Source of the DNA: Bdellovibrionota bacterium
Lineage (GTDB): Bacteria; Bdellovibrionota_C; UBA2361; OMII01
Direction of reading: 5' to 3'
DNA length: 17,184 nucleotides
Assembly: GCA_044356215.1 (NCBI GenBank)
Contig: JBIKWQ010000071.1
Span: 1-17,184, forward strand
Position 1 is the stretch's first letter. Every line of letters begins with the position of its first letter. Of this stretch, positions 8,360 to 15,373 are shown piece after piece. The notes below the pieces were generated by a model. The model saw only the letters and a program-made list of their open reading frames with translations. It searched no databases and was not told the DNA's origin. The position numbers and the translations under genes are program-made.

Positions 8360-9571
8360 ATGAAGTTTCCTGTAGCAGTTGTTATTACCATAACGTGTTG
8401 TTTCGCCATCGCGACTCTGACTTGGTTCGCGACTGGGCTCGGATTGCCTTACGGAGCTGAAGGAACCAAGGATTTCATTCAGTACTGGTCAGCTTGGCGA
8501 CTCTTGTGCTCGGGACAGAATCCATACGATGCCTCTCTAATGCATCAGACGCAGTTGGGTTTGGGTCAGGCCGCGGATGTAACTATTATGATGTGGAATC
8601 CACCGTGGGTTCCGCTTCTAATATCTCCTGTATTGGCTCTGCCATTTGAGGTATCCGCTCTATGTTGGTTCTTCTGCAACATGGGATTAATCGGGCTCGT
8701 CGTGGCCGCGATTCCGTCAGTGTTAGGGCATGGCATTCAGCGACCTTGGGTTTATGGAGTAGGGGCGTTGTTTTTGCCTGTAATTGACTGCCTAAAATTA
8801 GGGCAGCTAAGTCTCTTCCATGCCTTTGGGTTCATACTTTTTCTCTGGTGCGTGAAGAATGAGCGATACTTCCTCGGAGGGGTTTCCGCGCTACTGATGA
8901 GTGTTAAACCGCATATCTATTTGACTTTAATTATTCCTCTTTTGTTCTGGTTTCGTCAGGTAGGCGTAAGAAATGCTGGGCTATTCGTGTTAGGTGGTGC
9001 TGTGAGCATGTTGCTGGCGGCGATAGCTATCTCAGTGATTGAGCCGCGAGCTATCAATTGGTGGCTCCAGGGCTTAAGTAGCCCTGAACTCGGTCTTGGC
9101 GTTGTCCCTGTCAGACTGTGGAGAACTGCGACCTTCGCAACGCAGCTGCGGGCGCTATTAACCCCTGCATTAGGCTATATTCCTGACTGGCCCTTGTGGG
9201 TAATCCCGTGTTTGGGACTTATAGTAACAGCAACCGCGATGTTGGGGATGTCGCGCCGAATTGAATGGTCGAAGATATCGCCTCCTATCATCTGCCTTAG
9301 TTTTATCTTCGCCAGCTACGGGTGGTTTTTTGATCAGTCGGTCTTATTAGTAGCTCATTTCTCGGTGCTTTTAACCGCGCTAGCTGGAGGAGGTGTATAC
9401 CGGCGGATCGTCGAAATAATCGCGTTGCTCGCCATTCAGCTACTGATCCTCTTTCTGGAGATGCAACCAGGCAGCGCACAGCACCATTACACCTGGGTAC
9501 CTCTAGCTCTTTTGCTGCTTATTTGGCGGCAAGACGCGGCGCGCCGCAACGCAATAAAAAAAACGGTATAA
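8360..9571 (+). CDS. GT-C fold membrane glycosyltransferase (GT87/DUF2029-like)
   Basis: Polytopic membrane protein with DF.QYWSA.RL...GQNPYD, WNPPW, LGQ and VKPH motifs. Confidence 0.8.
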   Translation: MKFPVAVVITITCCFAIATLTWFATGLGLPYGAEGTKDFIQYWSAWRLLCSGQNPYDASLMHQTQLGLGQAADVTIMMWNPPWVPLLISPVLALPFEVSALCWFFCNMGLIGLVVAAIPSVLGHGIQRPWVYGVGALFLPVIDCLKLGQLSLFHAFGFILFLWCVKNERYFLGGVSALLMSVKPHIYLTLIIPLLFWFRQVGVRNAGLFVLGGAVSMLLAAIAISVIEPRAINWWLQGLSSPELGLGVVPVRLWRTATFATQLRALLTPALGYIPDWPLWVIPCLGLIVTATAMLGMSRRIEWSKISPPIICLSFIFASYGWFFDQSVLLVAHFSVLLTALAGGGVYRRIVEIIALLAIQLLILFLEMQPGSAQHHYTWVPLALLLLIWRQDAARRNAIKKTV

Positions 9572-9612
9572 TCAGCTAATTATCAGTAGTTACGTTTTTT
9601 AATACCAGTCGA

Positions 9613-9648
9613 GCACCGAGCTCAATAGGTGCGGCATCTGAATTTATA
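9613..9648 (+). promoter_or_regulatory. Shared upstream motif, copy 1: GCACCG-N11-TGCGGCATCTGAATTTATA
   Basis: Matches the copy at 16532-16567 at 23 of 25 defined positions with identical spacing. Confidence 0.6.
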
Positions 9649-9717
9649 GGGGGCAGTTGAAGGTTAACGCCCACTATCGGGCGTTCCTCCGCAGCCCACC
9701 ATGTTCAGGAGGAAAAA

Positions 9718-10080
9718 ATGGCATTTGGCGATAGTGAAACCACAAACGGTTTTAATTCAGGTTTCGCCACTTCGGTTTTAGAGACATTAATTGAAAACAA
9801 ATCTGGATACGCTCACGGTCCAGAGAGAGCATTGCTTTCAGCCCTGCTCTTTGATGGGGTGCAGTCTTGCATCAGTTACCTTTTAGCGGAGACTCCTGAC
9901 GAAAGGTCACGTTTTCGTGAGGCCTATAATTGGGTCATGGAATCCGATTCCGACTACGCATTCTCATTTTTATGCGTGTGCGAGGCGTTGGGAATTAACC
10001 CGGAGTACCTCCGGCTTGGGCTGATTAACGCGACTAACTCATTATTAGAGTCCGTTAGTAAGTCGAGGCGTAACTCCTAG
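9718..10080 (+). CDS. Hypothetical protein, 120 aa
   Basis: AGGAGG at 9707-9712. The PERALLSALL.D...EAYNW......AFSF..VCEALGINPEYLR.GL pattern resembles an uncharacterised family I recall from Deltaproteobacteria-like genomes. Confidence 0.8.
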   Translation: MAFGDSETTNGFNSGFATSVLETLIENKSGYAHGPERALLSALLFDGVQSCISYLLAETPDERSRFREAYNWVMESDSDYAFSFLCVCEALGINPEYLRLGLINATNSLLESVSKSRRNS

Positions 10081-10099
10081 AAAACGAGGCAAAACCTCG
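10081..10099 (-). terminator. Putative weak intrinsic terminator for the ddl-yacG transcript
   Basis: Stem CGAGG (10085-10089) / CCTCG (10095-10099). AAAA at 10081-10084 gives a short U-tract on the minus strand. Confidence 0.4.
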
Positions 10100-10181
10100 C
10101 TGACGCAAGCTTTTGCTCGGTATCGGCGGTAGTAGTACCGTTTCTGACAAAACATAGCGATAGCGAGGTTTGCTCCATGCC

Positions 10182-10385
10182 CTAGCTCTCAAACTCCTCT
10201 CCCTCATCATCAAACTCGCCACTGGCTGGGGATGATGGAACTCGGTAATTCTCTCCAAACCACTTCGAGAGATCGTTTAATCTACATCGCTCAGAGCAGA
10301 ATGGCCCGGATGATTCCTTTGTCTTAGAAATCTCTTTGCCACAAACGCGACACAGATCACTAGTAGGTTTGCCTGGATTATTCAT
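10182..10385 (-). CDS. yacG: DNA gyrase inhibitor YacG (zinc finger)
   Basis: CRVC...PFCSERCRLNDLSKWFGENYRVP followed by an acidic tail. Confidence 0.9.
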   Translation of the reverse strand: MNNPGKPTSDLCRVCGKEISKTKESSGPFCSERCRLNDLSKWFGENYRVPSSPASGEFDDEGEEFES

Positions 10386-10397
10386 ACAGCATCGGTC

Positions 10398-11609
10398 TTA
10401 CTGCTTAAGGGCCTTCAATCCAATACTGCGATCAAGAGATGATTGCTCCGAGTAGGTTTTAAAGCCGGTTTCGATCATATTTTCGATTAACTGGGTGTAA
10501 AGCACTCTAGGCTTCGAACGTGCCCAGAGGTAAAAAGCGCAGGAGCCCGGGAATGCATTCAGTTCATTGAAATAAAGCTTCTCTGTGGCCAGGTCTACGA
10601 TAAAGTCAAGGCGCGCCACACCTGAGCATCCTAGTAATTTGAATGATTTCTTCCCGTATTCGATTACGTTAGATCTAAGTGTCTCATCAAGGTCCTGCGG
10701 GTCTATTACACGCGTAAGACTCGCCATACCTTGAGATTGACCGGTCTTCTTACCGCCACCGCGGAGATACTTCTCTTCGTATGAAAGCACTCCTGAGTCA
10801 GATACCGGGATCTCAACTACTGAAGCTTGCGTGCCGTTATAGTCTCGAATCGATACGTTGATCTCCATAATCTGAGAAACGCACGGCTCTATGATCGCCA
10901 TGGTGTCGTAGCGAAAGACCTTAGCTAAAGCTGGGCCTAATTCATGCAGCTCCTTGACGCGCGATACTCCGATACTAGATCCAAGGTTGCACGGTTTCAC
11001 AAAGAGCGGCAGCTCTTTAAAACCTTCTTGAGCTGTCACCCATTCGACTGTCTCGCTTAAGTTTTTGTGCGCATCTTCTCGGGTTACTGTCAGGGCTGGA
11101 AGCACGGGTATCCCATGCTCTTTAAGATACATCTTGCAGAGGTACTTGTTCATCGTAATCGCCGATGATGGAACGTTGCTTCCTGTGTATGGGACTTTTG
11201 CTAATTCAAATAATCCCTGAATACATCCATCTTCTCCAAATTGACCGTGGAATACCGGCAGATAGATATCGATCGGGATAATCATTGAATCGATCGAGAG
11301 AGCTTGTTTAGCGAAGTCCATCGGCCCACCGACCTTCATCAATCCTCCGACTCCCGGTTTAGGCAGGAGAGTAACTTCCTGGAGCTTTGATAGCGAGGCG
11401 GGAACAGACCGATAGAACGACCTGTCGAATAATTCCTTTCCGGTATACCAGCACCCATTTGGAGCGATATAGACGGGGGTAACATCGTATTTCATCGGGT
11501 CGATCGCCGTCATCAATTGTAGCGCGCTGATAACAGATATCTCATGCTCAACCGAACGGCTTCCGAATAGAACCGCCACCCGCGGACGCTTTAAATTAGT
11601 GGTAGTCAT
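10398..11609 (-). CDS. ddl: D-alanine--D-alanine ligase family ATP-grasp enzyme (long variant)
   Basis: FGSRSVEHEISVISA, HGQFGEDGCIQG, VKPCNLGSSIGVS, SYEEKY, ARLDF and NELNAFPGS. An AGGAG SD overlaps the murF stop region. Confidence 0.88.
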   Translation of the reverse strand: MTTTNLKRPRVAVLFGSRSVEHEISVISALQLMTAIDPMKYDVTPVYIAPNGCWYTGKELFDRSFYRSVPASLSKLQEVTLLPKPGVGGLMKVGGPMDFAKQALSIDSMIIPIDIYLPVFHGQFGEDGCIQGLFELAKVPYTGSNVPSSAITMNKYLCKMYLKEHGIPVLPALTVTREDAHKNLSETVEWVTAQEGFKELPLFVKPCNLGSSIGVSRVKELHELGPALAKVFRYDTMAIIEPCVSQIMEINVSIRDYNGTQASVVEIPVSDSGVLSYEEKYLRGGGKKTGQSQGMASLTRVIDPQDLDETLRSNVIEYGKKSFKLLGCSGVARLDFIVDLATEKLYFNELNAFPGSCAFYLWARSKPRVLYTQLIENMIETGFKTYSEQSSLDRSIGLKALKQ

Positions 11610-11622
11610 AAGATTAAAACTC

Positions 11623-13260
11623 CTAGAATTTAACTCGACCCTCTAAGAGATCTCCGAGGTCGTTCTCAATAAGCACAAGATCCCCCTTGGCGCCTCGCGA
11701 TGAGATTACAGAGAACGCCTCATCGCGGGTGTCTACTATAACTACCTTCTCCTTCGGATAATTAGCTAAGTTTAATCCAGCGGTGAGAGCCTCACCATTT
11801 ATCTTGCCAATTACGATAAACAGGTCAGCGATACCTGCCGCGATTGATGCGAGCCTCTTGTTCTGCTCAAATTGCTGCTCGCCCAATTCCACCATTCCTG
11901 GTGTCATCACTATTCGTCTGGTAGCCGGCAGATCCTTAAGCACCTCTAGGGCCGCTTCAAAACCTGTCGGGTTAGAATTGTAGGCGTCGCGCAGAAATGA
12001 GACATCAGGTTTGCGGTCGAGCACCAATCGATTATCAACTGGCTCAAGATTCGCTAGGCACGCTGTGGCATAAGTAGGGTCCGCGCCTAAGGCGCATGCC
12101 ATGGTAAACGCCCCGAGAATATTCAAGAGGGCAGGGCGACCAAGAAGACGGGTGTGCCCGGGATATTGCTGCCCCTTCCAGTGTATAACAAAAGATGTTC
12201 CTTTCTCGGAGAACGATATATCGGTGGCAAGACAATCAAGCGCTCCAGCGCTCGTATCTAGCCCGTAGATCAGGACCTTTTTACCAGCATGCTGACTGGC
12301 CATCCTTCGCGCGTTTGGACTATCGCCGTTACAAACAAGGATTCCATCTGTTGGCAGAGCCTGGGCTATCTCTGATTTAGCGATGAAAACGTTCTCCGGG
12401 CTACCGAATCGCTCCAGATGCATAATGCCAACGGAGGTAACAAGCGCTGCCTTTGGAGGTGTGAAGTCGCACAAACGCTTGATAGAGCCGATATTATAGG
12501 CGCCCATCTCCATCACGGCGTAGCGGTGTTGCTGGGTAAGATCCTCGCGGATCGCCCTAGTGATCCCCATCACAGTATTGATGCTTTTTTTAGGCCAGAA
12601 AGTAGGGGCGAGACACTGATTAAGGAGCTCTCCAAGAGCCGACTTCGCCCCGGTCTTTCCGTAGCTCCCGGTTATGCCGATTACAAATGGATCTACCTCA
12701 TGAAGTATCCTTTTCGCGTCATTATAGAAGCGATCCTGCAGAGCCTTCTCGGCTGGCCAGAGGACCGCGTTGGCGAGCATTAACAGGAAAGGGGGGAGCT
12801 GAAGCAAAAAGATCGCGTATAGAGCTAAGTTCGTGACTGCTGGCCGTGTTGAATGACAGGAGGAGCAGCAACCAAAGCACAGGGGCAGAACCGTGAGCAG
12901 GACAAATGCTCCAAAAGCTACCCAGGCGATCTTCGATGCGCGTTGGGTCATTGAGATCTTAATCTTACCGGCTCGTCGTGGGTCCTCTTCTAGATAAGTG
13001 ACGATCGCTAGCAGCGCCGCTGCTCCCAATATCGATAAGATTAACTTAAGAAATTGACCTGGGATAAACCATGTTGAGACAGCAACCGCTACGGCTACCA
13101 AGAAGCCTCGAGTGTCGAATGCTCGTTTGTCTTTTAGCCAGCTCCAGAACCGCTTGCTCGAGTACTCCTCCTGTTGGTAGTAGCGAAGATAGGAAAGTAT
13201 TCTCCTCCATCCAAAGGCCAGTATAGCGGCGGTTAAAAGCCAAATTGAAAAGCACTTCAT
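11623..13260 (-). CDS. murF: MurF-family Mur ligase with an N-terminal multi-pass membrane domain
   Basis: GITGSYGKT P-loop, EMGA, HLERFGS, AKSEI, NGD, DAYNSNP and TPGMVELG. The first 170 aa or so carry about 5 hydrophobic segments. ATGA overlap with the upstream hydrolase stop. Confidence 0.85.
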   Translation of the reverse strand: MKCFSIWLLTAAILAFGWRRILSYLRYYQQEEYSSKRFWSWLKDKRAFDTRGFLVAVAVAVSTWFIPGQFLKLILSILGAAALLAIVTYLEEDPRRAGKIKISMTQRASKIAWVAFGAFVLLTVLPLCFGCCSSCHSTRPAVTNLALYAIFLLQLPPFLLMLANAVLWPAEKALQDRFYNDAKRILHEVDPFVIGITGSYGKTGAKSALGELLNQCLAPTFWPKKSINTVMGITRAIREDLTQQHRYAVMEMGAYNIGSIKRLCDFTPPKAALVTSVGIMHLERFGSPENVFIAKSEIAQALPTDGILVCNGDSPNARRMASQHAGKKVLIYGLDTSAGALDCLATDISFSEKGTSFVIHWKGQQYPGHTRLLGRPALLNILGAFTMACALGADPTYATACLANLEPVDNRLVLDRKPDVSFLRDAYNSNPTGFEAALEVLKDLPATRRIVMTPGMVELGEQQFEQNKRLASIAAGIADLFIVIGKINGEALTAGLNLANYPKEKVVIVDTRDEAFSVISSRGAKGDLVLIENDLGDLLEGRVKF

Positions 13261-14084
13261 TTTGAGAGCCCTCGCTTATCTAAGAAATCCTCAATATATT
13301 TTGCCATCAGGTGAGCCCCAACGTCATTAAACGGCTCGTGACCTTTATTGGGAAATACGTGTAGCTCAGAGTCCTTAATCACAGCGCGAAACGAGTTCGC
13401 CAGGTCGAGAGGAGTTTGAGTGTCGTCTTCTCCCCATAAAAGAAGAGTGGGTGTCTTAATCAAACTAGCTTCCGCCGACTGATCTTCATTAACTGTTTTG
13501 ACCAGGGTTTTTCGCAGTTCGCCAGCCGCTTTGTAATCCGCGGATCCGAACCTAGGGGCAAAGTAATGAGCGAATATCCTCGTCCCCACAGCGGCGTCGA
13601 TCTTCTTGGCGATATTTCCCAGGGTTCTGATCGCTTTTAACTTTAAGTCCTCTATTGGAGCACGTTTGCGTTTTAGGCCGTGGCTACCAATAAGCACAAC
13701 TCCCTTCGCGAGTTCGGGATACCGCGATGCCAATCGAACCGATAGTCGTCCTCCAAATGAGTGCCCAATCAGTACTGCCGAAGAGATGTTATTCTGATCG
13801 AAAAAGCGCTTTACTCGCTCAGAGTACTCAAAGGTTCCCCAGCCCCCTCCATCGTTAGATGCGCCTGCCGGTAGAGGCGATAACCCGAATCCTGGGAGGT
13901 CTAGTAATACAACCCTGTAGCGAGTCGCCAGAAGCTCTCCCAGCGGGCGCAGGGCGACAAGCGAACTTGCCCAACCGTGAAGCAATACCAGGGTCGGTGT
14001 CCTCTCATTGACATCTGAAGGGCTCAGGGTTACCGAATTAATTGGTGTATCTGTAGAGTTTGAGTTTTGCGCGGCAAATTCCAT
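13257..14084 (-). CDS. Alpha/beta-fold serine hydrolase
   Basis: LLHGW, DLPGFG.S, nucleophile elbow GHSFG, WGEDD..TP and GHEP. ATG 14084 is preferred because the 14231 start would overlap ftsW. Confidence 0.88.
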   Translation of the reverse strand: MEFAAQNSNSTDTPINSVTLSPSDVNERTPTLVLLHGWASSLVALRPLGELLATRYRVVLLDLPGFGLSPLPAGASNDGGGWGTFEYSERVKRFFDQNNISSAVLIGHSFGGRLSVRLASRYPELAKGVVLIGSHGLKRKRAPIEDLKLKAIRTLGNIAKKIDAAVGTRIFAHYFAPRFGSADYKAAGELRKTLVKTVNEDQSAEASLIKTPTLLLWGEDDTQTPLDLANSFRAVIKDSELHVFPNKGHEPFNDVGAHLMAKYIEDFLDKRGLSK

Positions 14085-14203
14085 GGCGAGATTCTCATCT
14101 AGAATGGGATTCGGCGCAAGCAAATAGCCGCACTTTCCGGCTGGTTCAAAAGGCTGGCATCCGACATAATAAATAAGGTTTCTACACAAAGGATCTTCAG
14201 AGC

Positions 14204-15364
14204 ATGGATTACGCCTCTCCGATAACTTCACACCGTTTTAGGGAACTCAAAGCGCCGTCGCCAATTGACTATGTTCTGATCTCAACGGTTTTGTTGTTGA
14301 TCGGTTTCGGTTTGGTGATGGTGTACTCAACAACGGGAATAGTTTCTCATGAAAAGATGGGGGACGCGGTTTTCTTCGCTAAGCGCCAGACGCTATCGGC
14401 TATCCTCGGATTTGGTTTGATGTTGATCTGCATGCGGATCCCCTTCGACCTACTGAGAAGGGCTTCGCCATATCTCTTCGTTGTATCCATCGCCCTTCTA
14501 GCACTGCCCCTTATGCCAGGTATCGCCGATCGCGCTGGGGGCGCTTCGCGGTGGGTTAAGCTAGGACCGATCCGGTTTCAGCCAGCGGAATTCGTCAAGG
14601 TGTGCATGGTTGTCTTTATGGCGGGTTTTTTCGCCCGGCATGAATCGAGGATTACCTCGTTTTTTCACGGAATCATAAAGCCATTTGGGATGGTAGGAAT
14701 GGCAGCGGCGCTTCTGTTGCTGCAGCCCGATTTCGGATCGTCGGCGGTAATTATAGTCGTTGTTTTGGCGATGGCTCTTACAAGCGGTGTTAGGTTGGCT
14801 CACATGGCGATGTGTTCGGTCGCGGTGGCGGTCATCCTCTCAATCCTAGTCGCTATCTCTCCATATCGCATGATGCGCGTAGTGAGTTTTCTCTCTCCAT
14901 TCGCTGACGCTTCAGGTAAAGGATACCAATTAATTCAATCGCTGATCGCAGTTGGGACGGGCCAGATTTGGGGAGTTGGGCTCGGAGCGAGTCAGCAGAA
15001 GTTGTTCTTTCTCCCCGCTGCGCACACCGATTTTATCTTCGCGGTGATCTCTGAGGAGCTGGGGCTTGTCGGGGGATTGATTGTTATTTTCGCTTTCCTA
15101 ATCATTCTGTGGCGTGGACTGTTGCTCGCCAAAAGTGTTCGAGGGGACACGTTTCTCTTCGCGTTGTCGGTTGGATTAACGATGATGATTGTGGCACCAG
15201 CTCTGCTAAACGTTGGAGTAGTCATAGGTGTTTTGCCAACAAAAGGCATGGTGTTGCCGTTAGTTGGTTACGGTGGCTCAAGTTTAATGGCCTGTATGGC
15301 TGTTGTCGGCCTTCTTATCGGGATAAAGCGAGAAGGCTCCCGCAGTCTAATACCCCTTCAGTAG
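14204..15364 (+). CDS. ftsW: SEDS peptidoglycan polymerase FtsW
   Basis: GLVMVYS, GASRW...G...QPAEFVK, QPDFG, GYQLIQS, LPAAHTDFIFAVISEELG and PTKG..LP..GYGGSS. It lies directly upstream of murG, with an AAGGA SD. Confidence 0.93.
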   Translation: MDYASPITSHRFRELKAPSPIDYVLISTVLLLIGFGLVMVYSTTGIVSHEKMGDAVFFAKRQTLSAILGFGLMLICMRIPFDLLRRASPYLFVVSIALLALPLMPGIADRAGGASRWVKLGPIRFQPAEFVKVCMVVFMAGFFARHESRITSFFHGIIKPFGMVGMAAALLLLQPDFGSSAVIIVVVLAMALTSGVRLAHMAMCSVAVAVILSILVAISPYRMMRVVSFLSPFADASGKGYQLIQSLIAVGTGQIWGVGLGASQQKLFFLPAAHTDFIFAVISEELGLVGGLIVIFAFLIILWRGLLLAKSVRGDTFLFALSVGLTMMIVAPALLNVGVVIGVLPTKGMVLPLVGYGGSSLMACMAVVGLLIGIKREGSRSLIPLQ

Positions 15365-15373
15365 AGATATTCA

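Noticed and set aside
9630..9648. Sigma54 promoter reading of CGGCAT-N5-TTTA
   Set aside because: The -12 GC is absent in both copies of the motif.
10088..10110. GGCAAAACC...GACGCAAG resembling a c-di-GMP-I riboswitch
   Set aside because: The GNRA-capped P2 stem between the two motifs is missing, and the site lies between convergent 3' ends.
10398..11609. Van-type glycopeptide resistance ligase cluster
   Set aside because: There are no vanH, vanX, vanR or vanS-like genes, the omega-loop Tyr is retained, and the hydrolase is an alpha/beta serine enzyme, not a VanX metallopeptidase.
14085..14231. 49-aa N-terminal extension of the hydrolase in the ORF track
   Set aside because: It would overlap the ftsW start on the opposite strand and cover the divergent promoter region.
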